Notes under the pieces: generated by a model
The model's input: only the letters and a program-made list of their open reading frames with translations
What the model was told of the DNA's origin: nothing
Databases searched by the model: none
Position numbers and translations under genes: made by a program
Source of the DNA: Felis catus
Taxonomy: Eukaryota
Length of the DNA stretch: 64,000 bases
NCBI RefSeq assembly: GCF_018350175.1
Contig: NC_058368.1
Coordinates: 48,300,001-48,364,000, forward strand
Reading direction: 5' to 3'
Part shown: positions 63,386-64,000 of the stretch, piece by piece
Position numbering within the stretch: the stretch's first letter is position 1
How the letters are laid out: each line of letters starts with the position of its first letter

Positions 63386-63914
63386 AGAGAGAGAGAGATA
63401 GAGAGAAGAAAGACAAAGAAGACAAAAAGGTCTTCATACGCCCTAAATTAAAAAAAAAAATCCCTAGATATTTATGTCTAAGATCAGGGAAAAAATCATC
63501 TAAATAGCAATCATCAAAATTAATATAATAGATGAACTTACTATGAAAATCTTTATAAGAACTGAAAGTTGGTACCTGAGAAAAATCTGAGTTGTTGCCT
63601 ATATATCACTAAAAAGCTTACAATATCTTCCAAAAAAGGGAAACGTTCTTTAAAAATGTAACAGTTAATAATCCTAGAAAATATACCATATCTTTTAGGA
63701 GAAAAATGTTGCACTCCGGTTTTGGTGAGTTTTGGCTGAGAAGGAACTTTATCGCTTTTATTTAGAACTTTCCAAAGGAAAAGGAGACTCTGGTCCAGTT
63801 GGCAGAAATGTATTCTTTACAGAGAAGCGGAAAAAATTCTCTTCTGTTTTAACATAGCCCTATTGAAACTTCCTATAAGACTCGCCAATTTTCATAACTT
63901 AGATATATACTCAC

Positions 63915-63977
63915 CAAGCAAACTTCTGATTATTCATTCGATTTCCCCGGACCCTTGATACTGGGGACGGATGTACT
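63915..63977 (-). CDS. KLF12: KLF12 63-nt internal coding exon (not in the ORF track)
   Basis: The minus strand reads ttctcatctgcctacag|A GTA CAT CCG TCC CCA GTA TCA AGG GTC CGG GGA AAT CGA ATG AAT AAT CAG AAG TTT GCT TG|gtgagt, giving VHPSPVSRVRGNRMNNQKFA(C). The final TG joins the first T of the next exon to give Cys, in frame with SISPF. The peptide matches the KLF12 segment before SISPF as I recall it. Confidence 0.93.
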
Positions 63978-64000
63978 CTGTAGGCAGATGAGAATAATCC

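Larger units (their letters stand above)
20885..63914 (-). other. KLF12: KLF12 intron (43,030 nt, phase 2, GT-AG)
   Basis: Bounded by a gtgagt donor (63909-63914) and a ttccag acceptor (20885-20890). It splits a Cys codon. Confidence 0.88.

Overview
This is eukaryotic DNA, not prokaryotic. It is a felid (cat-family) locus, judged from the many Can-SINE/SINEC_Fc, tRNA-like short SINE and carnivore L1 insertions. The window holds the 3' part of KLF12 (Kruppel-like factor 12/AP-2rep) on the minus strand. I can place three coding exons with canonical AG/GT boundaries and compatible phases: 63915-63977 (63 nt, missed by the ORF track), 20727-20884 (158 nt, basic region plus zinc finger 1) and 2500-2681 (zinc fingers 2-3 plus stop). 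About 2.5 kb of 3' UTR follows and runs off the window. The two introns (43.0 kb and 18.0 kb) are filled with SINEs, L1, L2, MIR, L3/CR1, hAT/Tc2 DNA transposon fossils, LTR relics and microsatellites. Nearly all other ORFs in the track are chance or repeat-derived. I found no CRISPR array, structural RNA gene or new protein-coding system. The most interesting observations are small. They are: a ~305-bp local duplication apparently captured at the 5' junction of a truncated L1; a poly(A)-tailed, U5-less MLT1 LTR that looks retroposed; a target site used twice by SINEs; a possible L1 3' transduction; a G26 run next to a weak splice donor; an in-frame alternative acceptor; divergent CTCF-like motifs; and a cluster of miRNA seed sites in the UTR. 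Repeat family names come from my recall of consensus sequences, and boundaries of old repeats are approximate.
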